64,000 nt of DNA. Origin: the human T2T-CHM13v2.0 reference genome, Homo sapiens. The stretch lies in assembly GCF_009914755.1 (NCBI RefSeq), contig NC_060928.1; one strand, given 5' to 3'. Position numbers and translations under genes: made by a program. The notes beneath the pieces are model-generated. The model saw nothing but the letters and a program-made list of their open reading frames with translations. It ran no database searches and had not been told where the DNA came from. The stretch's first letter is position 1. Each line of letters begins with the position of its first letter. This document shows positions 27,150 to 41,033 of this stretch, piece by piece.

Positions 27150-28904
27150 GGGGAACTCTCTAGGCCAGTGAAAGGGCCAGCGGGTTGGTCCAGGGGTCCT
27201 CAGTAGAAGTTGTTAGTTGAGCTCATTTGGGGTTCCATTTGTAAGACCATCTGTAGCTTTATGGCCTCAATCCTAGAGGAAACAAATTTGACAAGGAGGT
27301 TAAAAATACAGAGCCCGAAGGTGAGTAATAGCAAGATGGCTGCCACGGGACCTAGAAAGGGGAGAAGCCACATTGCCCAACTCCAGAGGTTGGTATAAGA
27401 GTTTGAAAGTTGTTGTCTGATTTCAGAAGCCTTTTCCTGTAAACACCAGGTGGCATCTCATACTATCCGTGACTGGTTAGTGTAAAAACAACACTCTTCC
27501 CCTAAGAAGGTGCAGAGTCCTCCTTTCTCAGCAGTGAGGAGGTCTAGGCCTCAGCAGTTTTGGAGAGTCTCTGCTGCCAAAGAGTCTATTTGGGATTGTA
27601 GAGTAAGGATGGATGTCTTCATTTCTTGCAAACTGTCTGAGAAATCCTTTGAGAGTGTGTGGTAGTAGGATAATGAAGTAGATAAACTGGCTATTCCAGT
27701 TCTTGTAGCAGTAGCCATTCCTAACCCTATAAGTAGGGGTATCAGTTGCATGGCTTTGTGCTGATGGACTTGAGCTTTGAGGGGTACTGATAGAGTCTGA
27801 TTTCCTGGGGCAATGTTAATGTTGGGACTTAGAAAGACTAAGGTGCAGGTGCCTGTCCAGTTAGTGGGGAGGCAGATATAGGTCGACATTCCACATAAGA
27901 AGAATATACCTTGGCTGGGTAGACAGAACTGGTTGTGTATGTTAAAAAGGTGTGTGAGTTTGTTGTTTTCATTTTCCCATACTCCTAGATTACTTGCCAA
28001 GGTAGCTCCGGTGAGTGGCTGGAAAGGGATGTTGGGAGCAAACTGAGTGGCTCCCTGTGTTCTATTTTCCCTTTGGAGAAAAAATCATTTCGTATCTACT
28101 AGGAACCATTCAAGAGAGTGATTGAAAGGGGATGAGAAGGCATTCACTAGTGATGGGGGCGCTGCTGCAGGGAGTCCAGGGGTGAATGGTCATGCAGGGA
28201 GTATGTTTGCCATTACAAAACCTGGCTGTTTGTTAAGTAGGGAGGAGTTGACGATTTTTGGGGGCCCTGAGAAGCGGACAAGCCGTCTGAATGGAGCTGT
28301 CTGGGTGACTCGGAAGTTACTATGATCAGTTGGGGCTTGAAGTTGTGGGGTGTAATTACACTGATGGGGTAGTAGGTGCCCCAGGGGCAGGCCTGGTAAC
28401 AGGTTGCATTGGATACATAAAGGGGCTTGGAAAGTTAAGATGGTATTCATAGTAACAGGGCCATGTATGGGCTTTACATTGCTTGTGTAATAGGTGAGGT
28501 TGGAAATATAAGAACGTAAAAGTTGGATTGCACGTCCTGTTAGGGTATTCTTGGTCCTATCAGAGATGGGGAAGTTGGCTAATGATTTCATATTTAGAAG
28601 TTGGAAAGGGTCTTTTCCTTCATAATGAGGGTGGTAGGTTAAGTTGGTAAAGACCGTTTTTTGCGGGAATGGGAGTGGCAACGTAAGCAGAGGTTGATAG
28701 AGAGATACAAAGCCAACAGTCATTTGCCAGGGAAGGATTGGACTGGTTTAACAGACAGTGGGTTAAGTTGACAGTCTTGTAGAGGTAATTAGGAGCTAGT
28801 GGAAGGGGAGGGGTGATTGTATGAGGTATCCAAGGAAGCAGGAGGGATAGACAGGCAAAGAGTAAATAGGGAGGTAAAGAGGGTGCTCTGGAAGACGAGA
28901 TCAT
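27150..28904 (-). pseudogene. env: HERV9 env, disrupted
   Basis: Signal peptide and CWLC motif; CLPTNWTGTC; degenerate furin site (HQHK/AMQLIPLL); immunosuppressive domain LQNC*GLDLL; CTFLGEECC; frameshifts and stop. Confidence 0.92.
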
Positions 28905-29149
28905 TTTATCCAGGCTGAGTTAAAGGTAGGAGTAAATTGCTGTCAGAAGGAAGAAAGATAGAAAGAAGGTTGATGTGATTAGGATTTTTGTCCCAGCAGG
29001 AGCTACAGTATATAGACCTATCGCAAAGAGTATGGTTAATATGCTGTTTAATAATATGATGAAATAGTAAAAGGATTCCATTAAAGGGGTAGAGAGAGGT
29101 GTTACAGATAAAGATTATGTAGATTTTCACTTATCTTTTTTAAGGAGGA

Positions 29150-31380
29150 AGGGATTTTTCTTCAGGATCAGTGGTAGGAGCCTTTTTAGTCTGGGATGTT
29201 TCCTTCCAAAATAGGAGATGCAAGTCTCCAACGGTTCACAGGTGTATGGAGGCTGGTCTGGCTGATCTTGGGACTCCTGAGCTGATGATCCTGCAGGTTC
29301 CTCAGGGGATGTCCAAAGTTTAACTTGGGTGTGGTGAATCCAAGATTCCACTCCTGCCACTTTAACTGCAGTGGGGGTAGAGAGGATTACCGAGTATGGT
29401 CCTTCCTACAAAGAGCCCATGGATGGGGAGGTAGAGGGGAGAGATTTGACCAACACTAGATCCCCTGGTTGAAACAACTCTGTTCCCTTTTCTCTGTGAC
29501 ATCCTTCAGGTAGGTTTTTAAGGTTTTGTTGATATTTTGCCAAAGAAGTTATATCTTTGACCAAGTTGGCCATTTCCTGATCAAGTAGGAGGTCATTTAT
29601 GAGAAAAGGTCGCCCATACAGCATTTCATATGGACTCAGCCCCATTTTGTGAGGAGAATTTTGGATTCTCAAAAAGACCATGGGCAAAAGAGTAGGCCAT
29701 GGGAGGTGAGTTTCTTGTGTTAGTTTCCTTAAGTGCCTCTTGAGTGTTTCATTTGCCTTCTTGACCTTCCCTGAGGATCGTGGCCTCCAGGCGCAGTGAA
29801 CGTGATATTGTATCCCTAGTACCCTGGAAATTCCCTGAGTTATCATGGCTTTAAAAGCCGGACCATTGTCACTCTGTAAGCTTTGGGGAAGCCCAAATGT
29901 AGGAATTATTTCACGTGTTAGGACTTTAATGACTTCCTGAGCCTTCTCTGTCTTGCAGGGGAAAGCTTCTATCCAATTTGTAAAGGTATCAACACAGACC
30001 AACAAGTATTGAAATCCCTTTGACTTAGGCATATGGGTGAAGTCTAACTGCCAGTCCTTTCCAGGATAGGGACCTATTCTTTGTTCCCCGAAAGGGGCCT
30101 TATGATGGACCAAGGGATTATTCCTTTGGCACACCTCACAGGCTTTGACTACCTGTCAGATGGTCCGGAGGAGATTTGGCCCTGTAAATAGGGATTTGGC
30201 CATTTGATGAGTGTTTTCAATACCCATATGAAAAGTTTGGTGGAGGATTTTAAGTATTTTCCACTGGCTGTCTTCAGGTAGAAGTACCTTTCCTCCTTCT
30301 GTCGTTAACCACCCCGAGGGGAGAAAACTATGCCTCCGTGAAAGTCCCCATTCTGTTTCAGTCAGGGAATACTGGCTTAATCTCTTGGAGGGGGTTGTTC
30401 CATACCAAGGGTCCTTCCGTAGGTATTTCTAATGGGAGGTTCCGCCTGGCAGCAATTTGGCCTAGCATCTGCCTGACAGTTTCCTTCTGCCTTTTCTCCT
30501 TCACCTTTCTGATGGCTTTGGCAGTGCAAGACTGCCACCTCCTTGGGTTTTTGCGTTGCATGCAATAACTCCATAATTTCCTTGTGGTATTTAATGGGGG
30601 TTCCCCCAGAGATTAGGAACTCCCTTTCTTTCCATGTTGCAGCATGGGCATGTAGGATTAGATAAGCATACTTGCTATCTGTATACACATTTATTCTTTT
30701 TCCCTTTCCCAGTTCTAAGGCTTGGGTTAGTGCCACTAGTTCTGCTAACTGGGCACTGGTACCTGGGGAAACAGGCTTAATTTCAATGTACAGTAATGTA
30801 CAGTTACATTACTAACTATGGCATAACCTGCCCTTCATATCCCATTCTCCACAAATGAACTTCCATCGGCATATAGGTTAAGGTCAGGACTAGCTAAGGG
30901 GACTTCTAAAAGATCATCTTGGACAACATAAGTCTGGACTATAATTTGTTGGCAGTCATGTTCGATTGGTTCCCCATCCTCTGGGAGAAAAGTGGCAGGG
31001 TTGAGGGCCACGCATTTGTGTATTTGAAGCACCGGTCCCTCAAGGAGTAGCGCCTGGTATCTAAGTAGGCGGTTGTCTGATAGCCATAAACTTTCTTTGG
31101 CACCTAGTATGAATTTACATCATGAGTAGTCCAGACAGTGAGATCCTTTCCTTGTATTATTTTGATAGCCTCTGACACTAAGACAGCCACCACTGCAACC
31201 ACCCATAAACAGTGAGGCCAGCCTTTTGCTACTACATCAGTTTCCTTACTTAGGTGTGCCACTGGTTGTGGGATTGTCCCATGAGTCTGAGTAAGGACTC
31301 CTAGAGCTATCCCTGCTCTCTCTGTGACGTATAAAGAAAAGTTTCATTCTGTGGGAAGGCTTAAGGCTGGAGCTTGAGTT
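29150..31380 (-). pseudogene. pol: HERV9 pol: tether, RNase H and integrase; RT core deleted
   Basis: YADGSS, AELVALTQAL and YTDSKY (RNase H); WQLDFTHMP, SDNGPAF and SSGKVKKAN (integrase, catalytic E position reads K); broken into several frames. Confidence 0.92.
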
Positions 31381-31761
31381 TGTTCCTTCCAATGCCCAGA
31401 CTTCAGGGTTGATTCCCTCCTCAAGTAGGAGACAGCAAATGGGTAACTTGTTCCCTATATTCATGTAGATAATAGCTCCAGCTTTGGCCAAAATATCCCT
31501 TCCTAATAAGGGTGTGGGACTTTCAGGCATAACAAGAAAGGCATGTGAAAAGAGCAAAGTCTCCCAATTACAACTGAGGAGGTGGAAGAAATACCTGGTT
31601 ACAGGCTGTCCCAGGATTCCTCGGATGGTAACAGACCTTGAGGACAGCTGTCCAGGACAGGAGATTAACACTGAGAAGGCGGCACCAGTGTCCAGGAGGA
31701 AGTCAATTTCCTGGCCCTCAATGGTTATGCATAGCTGGGGCTCCCGTGAGAGTGATGACAT
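31381..31761 (-). pseudogene. pro: HERV9 aspartic protease domain (uninterrupted frame)
   Basis: FLLDTGAAFS active site and LLGRDIL motif within ORF 31246-31761. Confidence 0.9.
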
Positions 31762-31769
31762 GTGCTGGT

Positions 31770-32030
31770 GCTTGCCCTGGGCACCCTCAGTCCTGTTGTT
31801 GGATCATCTGGTCGGGGGCTTCTGGCACAGAGAACCATTGCACTCTGGGGCAGTGCGCCATCCAGCTTGCTGACCAGTAGGGAATTTGTCCCTTTCTTCG
31901 GCTGTCATTTCTATCGCTTACTTGACTAAGATACCAGGTATCTCCGAACTCTCGGGCTGCAGCTAAAGCTGCATTCTTTTCATTAAAGGCCAGGGTTTGA
32001 TCTAACAGTAGCATGACATCCCTCCAAGCA
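31770..32030 (-). pseudogene. gag: HERV9 gag remnant (capsid piece fused to nucleocapsid end)
   Basis: AWRDVMLLLDQTLAFNEKNAALAAAREFGDTWYLSQV, then a jump to WMAHCPR. Confidence 0.85.
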
Positions 32031-32198
32031 AGGTATGGTGAAGCACACCTGTAGTCCCAGGTACCCAAGGGGCTGAGTTGAGAGGATCACCTGAGCCCGG
32101 AAAGGTTGAGGCTGCAGTGAGCCATGATCACACCACTGCACTCTAGCCTGGGCAACAGCATGAGACTCTGTCTCAAAAAAAAAAAAAAAAAAAAAAAA
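32031..32198 (+). mobile_element. Alu right arm only (AluJ-like), fused to the truncated HERV9
   Basis: ggtatggtgaagcacacctgtagtccc...long poly-A; left arm absent. Confidence 0.9.
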
Positions 32199-32579
32199 GG
32201 AAAAGAAAAAACTAGAAATCCAACTTCCAATCCATGCTGAACTTGATTAACAAACAGTAAGTAGGCTTCCTCTCACAGTACTTTATTTTTCCTCTTGCAG
32301 AGCCAGAGATTATTCTGTTATTTAATGTGCTAGCGAGCTCTGAATGTGTGTGGTTTTAAAATGGCTTCTCACCATGAAGTGTGTTTTCCAGGAACTCACA
32401 CGTTTTCAGGTCAGTTTTTACAGGCTCTCCTTTTATGTGTGTCTTGCCATATTCCCTGTTGGAGGAAAAACTGTGTCCACAGTGATGAGCCCAGAGGTGT
32501 CCCATGCAGACAATGGTTTGCTCCACCTGTGGTCAGTCAGATGGTCTCAGCAAACTCATTCCAGGTATCTATTATTCAA

Positions 32580-32752
32580 GTTGTTTTTTGTTTTTTGGGT
32601 TTTTTTGAGACAGGGTCTTGCTCTGTTGCCAAGGCTAGAGTGCAGTGGCATGATCACAGCTCACTGCAGCTTCATCCTCCCAGGCTCAAGAGATCCTCTC
32701 ATCTCAGCCTCCCAACGTGCTGGGATTACAGGTGTGAGCCACCATGCCTGGC
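32580..32752 (-). mobile_element. Alu monomer (FLAM-like)
   Basis: Single arm with T-rich tail. Confidence 0.88.
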
Positions 32753-32959
32753 TCATTCTTCAAGTTTATTGCAAAAACATGCTGATGTGCCTTGTATTAT
32801 CTTACCTCCTATGTTGTGGTGGTTTAATGACCCTTTCTTTAAGAGGCAGAGCTTAATTCCCTCCACCCCACAATTGCGGGCTGGACTTAGTGACTCATTG
32901 CTAGCTATTAGAATGCAGCAGAGGTCCTGTTCTCCTCCTCTGCTAATTGCTCGCCCTGT

Positions 32960-33540
32960 TGTTGTCCCCATTTCTATTAAGGGCAACTCATCCTCTTCCT
33001 GCTGTCTCTCATACACGATATCCAATTTGCCTTCAAATCTTGTCAGTTCTATCTTTAAAATATATCCAGAACCATTTATCATCATCGCCTGTGCCACCAC
33101 CCTAGTCCAAGCCAGCCTCCACTCTCAGCTGGATTTTGGAACAGCAACTAACTGGTCTTACTTCTACCCTTGCCTCTACAGTCTATACCCAACAGAGCAG
33201 TCAGAGTGATCCTGTAGCATTTGAGTCAGGTTATGCTACATCTGTGCTTACGCCTCAGCCAAGTGAAGCCAAGGTTCTTACAAAGGCCTGCTAGGCATTG
33301 TGGTGACCCCATTCCATTCCCAGGCACATCTTTGAGCTCATTTCATCCTCTCCTCTTGCTTGCTCCTCATGGGTCCTGCTTATTCCTTGAACGTCCAGTT
33401 ACGCGCTTGGCTTCAGGTTTGCACCTGCTCTTACTTGCCCCACAGATACGCAGATGGCTTGCTCCCTCTTCTGATCTTTGTCCAAATGTCAACTCCTCTG
33501 GAAGGTCTTTCCTTATCATCCTATTGAAAATGTTACTCTT
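32960..33540 (+). mobile_element. L2 fragment
   Basis: gccaccaccctagtccaagcc...cagagtgatc...ccaaatgtcaactcctctggaaggtctttcc. Confidence 0.75.
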
Positions 33541-33779
33541 TCCCTTCATCATTGTCTTTTTAATAATATTTTTATTGTGGAAAAATATATGTAATATAGA
33601 ATTGACCATTTTAACCATTTCTAAGTGCACAAGTTTTGACACTAAGTACACAAGTTTTGACACTAAGTACACTCAAACATTGTATCGTCTCTATCCATTT
33701 CCATCCTACAAGATATCCAATTTGCTTTCAAATTCTGTCAGTTCTACCTTTAACATATGTCCAGGACCATTTCAAGGTG

Positions 33780-34930
33780 AGTTTGCTGAGACCAGCTAAC
33801 TGGCCACGTGTTCATCATCCCAAATTGGAACCCCACTTCACGGCCATGTCCACGGCCTGTTACTCACCCTATTGGTGAGGGAGGGGTTCCCACCCTGGGG
33901 TTACCGGATGGCCAAGCACTTGACACTTGACACTGGAAAGGTGAGATCAGCAGCAATTCATTAGTCACATGTAGTCACAGCCTGGAGGAAAAGGATGCCA
34001 CACACACACGGGACTGCACTCTGTAACAGAGGGAAGATCGAGGGGCTGGGGGAGGCAGGTTTTGTAGTATCAAGGTGGTGAGTGACCCCTGTTCCCAAAG
34101 GAAGGTGTGATTGGCTTGTTTGAATAATTCCATGGGCTGGTGGGGAACTGAAGCCCCCTACTCAGGGATGAGCAGGAGCTGAACCTGACCCCTTGATAAG
34201 GAGGGTTCTTTGGGTAAGAGGCCTTACCCAGGGAAGCAGAGTGGGGAGGGGACCTTGAAGTTAGGTCATCGTAAAAAGTAAAGTAGAGGTTCTTCTTCAA
34301 AGACTTTCCTCCCCATCTAATTAGGAATAAATAGTAACTTCTCTCAGAAGCAAAATTGATTCAAAGACTTGTGCTAATGTTCTTAAATATCTGCTAGGCG
34401 TAATAAGGAAATAAATGTACTTCATGTTCTTAGCCCCCACAATTTAGCCTAAATATTTGCCCTAGCATGCTTATTTATACTGGTCCAAGCAAGCATTAGG
34501 TCATAGCCTGTTCCTCTTCCTTATTTGAAGGTGTTTTTACCTTTCTCGGCATTCCACAAGTTACTTTCTCCTTCCTTTGTTCTCCTCTGCCTTTGCCTCT
34601 TTTAAAAAGTTCTAAGTTGCTAGCCAGTCAGGACAAATACAGAATGTGAGGTCCCGTTCTAGCCAACGGAAACCGGACATAGCAGTAGGGTGGACATGTC
34701 AGATTATAAATGACCCTATCTCCTTTGTTCGGTGTACTCACGTGGCAAAATTCCTGGTGAGTGTACCCTTTCTGCAGAAAGTAAAAATGGCCTTGCTGAG
34801 GAAATTAAATGTGCTATTTCTTTATGGCACCGGGGAACAAGCATTTCTAACAGTCATTCAAGGTCCTCTCAGTTCCACCAGATGTCAAGGCAGCACTTAA
34901 TATTGAGCCTTAATTTTAGGCCTTACACCA
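33780..34930 (-). mobile_element. Old ERVL-class LTR (MER74-like) split by an LTR10 insertion
   Basis: gtgattggcttgtttgaataattccatgggctgg before the insertion; cagatgtcaaggcagcac...ttttaggccttaca after it. Confidence 0.6.
34270..34852 (+). mobile_element. Solo LTR10 (LTR10C-like, ERV1)
   Basis: cgtaaaaagtaaagtagaggttc...gcatttctaaca; exact TSD GTCAT at 34265-34269 and 34853-34857. Confidence 0.85.
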
Positions 34931-37033
34931 GAATTATTCCCTATTTCCTTTCCACGTTTTGTTTTTCCTTTTAGCACTTATCATCCACATTTTACTTATT
35001 CCCTTATCAACTACCTGCTCCCACTAAAAGGCGATCAGTGAAAGAATGTCTATTTGTGTTATTTGCTGCTATGTCTTTAGTGCCCAGAGCCATACCTAGC
35101 ACATAGGAGACACATAATAAATATATGTTGAATTAATCAACAGTAATATTCATTTCCTACTTTGTCATTTCCTTCCAAAGAATGTAATTGCCTTTTCTTA
35201 CTTTTAAGTATCTATCCATTCTTATGAATCATCATGAATTAGATTTCAGCAACTGATAAAATATTGCTTCTACAAGTAAATTGGGTAGAATTTGTGTTTC
35301 ATATGTGTGGCTGCTGTTAAGAATGGTGGGATGGAAGAGATGAAAGAGGCCTTCGAGCCCTTGGACTCCAGCCTCCTTTAGACAAGAAACCCAAACACCA
35401 GGGGACAAGATCCTGCTGAGGTCTTGCATTCAGCAGGGGAAGGCCTGAGATTAGAAACCCCCACATCTGTGACACCTGATCCAGTGTTTTTTTCCCTTTT
35501 ATATGAATTAGACTCTAAGGAAATATAATAAAACAAATTTTAAACTGCTTACTAAAATTTTTGGAAGTAATTATGTCTGAAGCTAAGGTGAAATTTAAAG
35601 ATGGTGTTTTAATATCTGTTTTTATCAAGGACCTTAAGTTTAAAAAAAAATTCCCCAAGAGACAGGTGAGATGTGCTGTTTGACATTTGTCAACAGCAAT
35701 GTAATTATAAAGGTCAGAGTGAGTTATGCAGTAATACAGCCCAACGATACCTGTCTCTGCATATCACGTTTCTAGCCAACTGACCTCACCATCTCTCAAG
35801 CCTACAGAACTGACACTGTTTACTCCAGAAGGAAGTCTTAAAAATTTGAAGTGGAGATTGGAGTTTTATTTTAAAAGCCTATTTAAAAACAAACTTTAAA
35901 AAAGCAACTATCAAATATAGGAGGATGAATTACCAACTGCCCAAATGCAAATGATGATTCTGCCAATTCTCTGACTTCTCATTCTGCAGAGATGCTTGCA
36001 AGGGGCTGGCCAAGGGCTGAGCCCAGAGCCTGGATTCTAGACCTTCATTTACCAGTAACAGATTTCATGACTTGGGGCCAGCCAGGCAGTCTATTGGTAT
36101 TTCAGTTTCTTCGTCCATACAATAGGGCAATCTTACCTACCCTACTTGTATTTTACAAGGTGTTATTAAATATAATTAAATACTGGTGTGAAGGTGCACT
36201 GGATGTCACGGGAGCCTAGTTGCTACCAGGCCATCATACAAGAGACCTTTTATGATCACCATTCCACACTCTTCAGAGGCCTGTTTTGCAACTTCCCCTT
36301 TCCCCTCAAAGCTCCAGCACCTCCTCTCCTTTCTTTACCTTGTGGCTGCCCTTGCTTCCAATTTCACTGAGACTACTGAGGCAGTCAGAAAAGAGCTTCC
36401 ACAGATGCACCCACTCCAGCCACCCCAGCATCTGAACCCACATACTCTGTTATCTGGACATGTTTATCTAGAACCAGTTTCTAGTTTCACTGGGGGTTTT
36501 TTCCCCATTGTTTTTCAGTTTTCTATTTTGATTACTGCTTTAAATCTGTAACTTGGATTTATTTGTTCTTCTTTGTCCAGCTTCTTAAGGTGGAAGCTTA
36601 AATAATTTTTAGATCATTCTTCTTTTCTACTTTGGCACTAAAGCAATATATGTTTCTTCTATGCACTACTTAGCTGCTTCTTACAGATTTTAATATATGA
36701 TGCTTTTATGATCATTCAGTTCAAAGTATTTTAAAAACTTTCCTGGTGATTCCTTCTTTGGCCCTTGGGTTATTTAGGAGTGAGTTGTTTGATTTCTAAA
36801 TATTGAGGGATTTCCCATATATCTCCTAAATGTTAATTTCTAATTTAAATTCAGATATTTGGTCAGAGAATATATTTTGTATAATTTTGGTTATTTTAAA
36901 TTTATTGAGACTTATTTTATGGCCCAGTATGTGCTCTACTTAGTGAATATTCAATGTACATTCAAAAAGAATATATTTTCTGCTGTCATTAGGTGGGGCG
37001 TTCTATAAATGTCAATTAAGACAAGGTGGCTGG

Positions 37034-37345
37034 GGCTGGGCGCAGTGGCTCACACCTGTAATCCCAGCACTTTGGGAGGCTGAGGTGGGTGGATCACAAG
37101 GTCAGGAATTCGAGACCAGCCTAGCCAGTATGGTGAAACCCCATCTGTACTAAAAATATAAAAAATTAGCTAGGTGTGGTGGCACGCACCTGTAGTCCCA
37201 GCTACTCGAGAGGCTCAGGCAGAAGAATTGCTTGAACCTGGGAGGTGGAGATTGGAGTGAGCCGAGTTTGGGCCACTAAACTCCAGCCTGGGTGACACAG
37301 CGAGACTCTGTCTCAAAAACAAAAACAAAAACAAAACAAAAAAAA
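37034..37345 (+). mobile_element. Alu (AluSg-like)
   Basis: Dimer; TSD agacaaggtgg on both sides. Confidence 0.95.
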
Positions 37346-39408
37346 CACATGAGACAAGGTGGTTGGTTGATAGAGTTGTTTGAGTCTCCTATGGCCATAC
37401 TGATTTTCTGTCTACTTGATCTAAGGTTATCAAGAGGAGTGTTGAAGTCTCTGGCTGTAACTGAGGACTTGCTTATTCATCCTGTCAGTTCCACCCATTT
37501 TTGCCTCATCTATCTTGAAACTCTGTTATTAGATGTCTGCACAGTTAGGGCTATTTATTGTCTTTTTGAAGAATTGACTTATTTATCATTATGAGATATT
37601 TCTCTTTATCCCTGGAAAGATTCCTTATCCTGAAGTCTACTTTGCATCAGTTAATGTGGTCACTTCAGATTTTATATGATTAGCATTTGCTTGGTATGTC
37701 CTTTTTCATCCTTTTACTTTTAACCCATCTATATCTTTATAGGTATGAATTTATTTTTATAGTTTAATTTTTAATTGGCAAATAATAGTTGTACATATTT
37801 ATGGGGTACAATGTGATATTTTGATACGTGCATACATTATGAAATAATCAGACCAGGCTAATCAGCATATCTATCACCTCAAATATCTTTATTTTTAAAC
37901 TCCATTTCTTATAAACAGCATATATCTGGATATTGCTTTTTGGTCTTTGTCATTTTATTGGAGAGCCAAGGCCCTTTACACCTAATGCCACTGTCAGTAT
38001 GGTTGAGTTTAGGTCCACCATCTTAATATTTGTTCTATCCATTCTTTGTGTTTCTTTTTTCCATCTTCTGGATTAATATATTTTTAATACATTATCCATT
38101 GGTTATTACTTATATCTCTTTGGGGTTTTTTAGTGGTTGTTCTAGGGTTTATCATAATATTATAACACTTCCCATAAAAGATAAGAAACTTACAATAATA
38201 TACTTTCATTTTCTCCTTCTTGTCCTTTGGATTATTACTGTTATGCATTTTATTTCTATATATGTTATAAAACTAACAATACACGGTTATTATTTTTTTT
38301 TTAAGCAAATATATTTTAATAAAATTTTGAAAACTAGAAAAAACTTTTTTGATTACCTATATGTTTACTATTTCTGGCACTCTTTTTTCTTTTCTATGGA
38401 TCCAAGTTATCATCTGGCATCCTTTCTTTTTTAGCCTAAAAAAGAATCTTTTAATATTTCTTGCATTACAACTCTTCTGTCAACAAATTCTCTCAGCTTT
38501 TGCTTGTCTGAAAGTATTTTGCTTCCTTTTTAATGATATTTTCTTGGAATATAGAATTCAGAGGTGACAGATTTTTTCTTTCAGCATCTTAGGGATTCCA
38601 TTCCATTGTCTTCTGACTTGCATTGTTTCTGATGAGAAATCTGACATCTTTTAATTTGGCTATTTTAATACTTTTTCTCCTTATGTTTTCAACATTTGAT
38701 TATGATGTGCCTTAGCCTGATTTTTAAAAATTTATCCTGCCTGAGGTTAGTGGAACTCCTTAAATATGTGGGTTTAGAGTTTATATTAAATATGGAAACA
38801 TTTCTGCCACCATTTCTTCAAATATTTTTTACCTCCCTTCCTCTCTGAGACTGTAATTGTAAATACATTAGACTGTTTTATATTGTCATAAGGTCACTAA
38901 AGCTAAGTTAGTTTTCTCCCCGCAACATGTATTTCTCTCTCTGTGCTCCTGTTTGGATAGCTTCCATTACTATGTCTTCATGTTAACTGATCTGTTTTAA
39001 ATATACAGTTTAATCTGCTATAAAGCCCATCTAGTAAATTTTTTATTTACAGTATCATATTTTTTAATTCTAGAAGTTATGTTTGATTCTTTTTTATGTC
39101 TTCTATTTCTCTCCTCATTATAGTCATGTTTTTCTTTGATGTTTGAGCTGTTATAAGAGTTCTTTTAATGTCTTGGTTGGCAAACACCATCACTTCCGTC
39201 ATTTCTGGGTATGATTATATTGACTATTTTTTCTCCTGGTATTGGCTATGTTTTCCTGCTTCCTCACATGTCTAGTAGCTTTTTATTAAATGTTGGTTTT
39301 GTTGAAAGCCTAGATTTTATTGTTTTTCTTTGAAGAGTGTTAAAGTTTATTTTGATAGGTAAAGTTACTTTCTTGATCCTTTTGCATCATGCATTTAAGA
39401 TTTGCCAG

Positions 39409-39728
<320 letters not shown>

Positions 39729-40694
39729 CTAGAGTAGCCTTTACTTTAGTGAATAACTGAGGATTAATAGTTAACCTTTACTACTAAGGTGTAACCCTTC
39801 TGAGGTCTCTGTTGAATGCTATGAGAGCGCAATGAAGTCTTTCCACCCTAACTGATCATAACTCAAACCTCTCCCACCCGCGTGTGAGTCCTGAGAATTG
39901 TTCAGTTCATAGCTCGCGATCGTTCCTCATCCAACATTGTGGAGGTCGACTCTGGGCATCCACAGTTTACTATTCAGATTCAGGGGGACCCCCACCCAAC
40001 AGATTTATGAAGACTTTATCTTTATAGTATCCCCCTCGCTGGCACTCCATCCTGCAAATTCCAGATGCCTCGGCCTCTTCTGACTCTGGTTTATCTCTAC
40101 TCAATAAGTCTGCCTTGCTCTACCTGAGTTCTCCCTCCTTGTCTTGCACAAGGGAATATGCCTCCAGGCAGAATCTCTGGATGACTGCAGGGTTCACTCA
40201 TTTATTTCTCTTCTCTCAGGCATTACATTCTTTCCTAATTTTCTAATTGTTTATAGCAAGAGAGCAAGTCCAGAAATGGCCCTCCTCTAAGCAACTATCT
40301 AAAGCTACCTAACGCTAAAACCTCCTTCTGTGTGCCAAATTCTATCTTTCTCATCTACTAAAGGACATACTTTTGACAATTCTTCCCTGACCCTCAAATC
40401 CTTCCGTCTAGTCACACTGGTTTCCTTGCTGTTCCTTGAACACGTCTTGCCTTGCTAATTCCATGAGGCAGAGATCTTTGTATATCTTCTTCTCTGTTGT
40501 ATCCCAAACTCACATAATGGAGCCTGGCATAATAGTAGACTGCTCGATAAGTACTTGTTGAATGAAAATGACCAGGCATCACCCAAAAATAGTGAAAAGG
40601 GGTAAATTTTTTCATCTCTTTGACTCTGGAGAAGAGGTGAGCAAACTATAGCCTGCAGGCCAAAATATAGATAGCTACCCCTTCCTCCCCAACT

Positions 40695-41033
<339 letters not shown>

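Larger units (their letters stand above)
26280..32030 (-). mobile_element. HERV9 provirus, 5'-truncated and internally deleted
   Basis: LTR12 followed by gammaretroviral-type env, integrase, RNase H, protease and gag remnants in correct order; no 5' LTR. Confidence 0.92.

Noticed and set aside
27150-28904. Possible co-opted syncytin-like env
   Set aside because: Split over several frames, furin site degenerate, stop in the immunosuppressive domain.
32344-33799. ORFs of 287, 170 and 192 aa
   Set aside because: They run through an Alu monomer, MaLR-like sequence and L2; no coherent protein.
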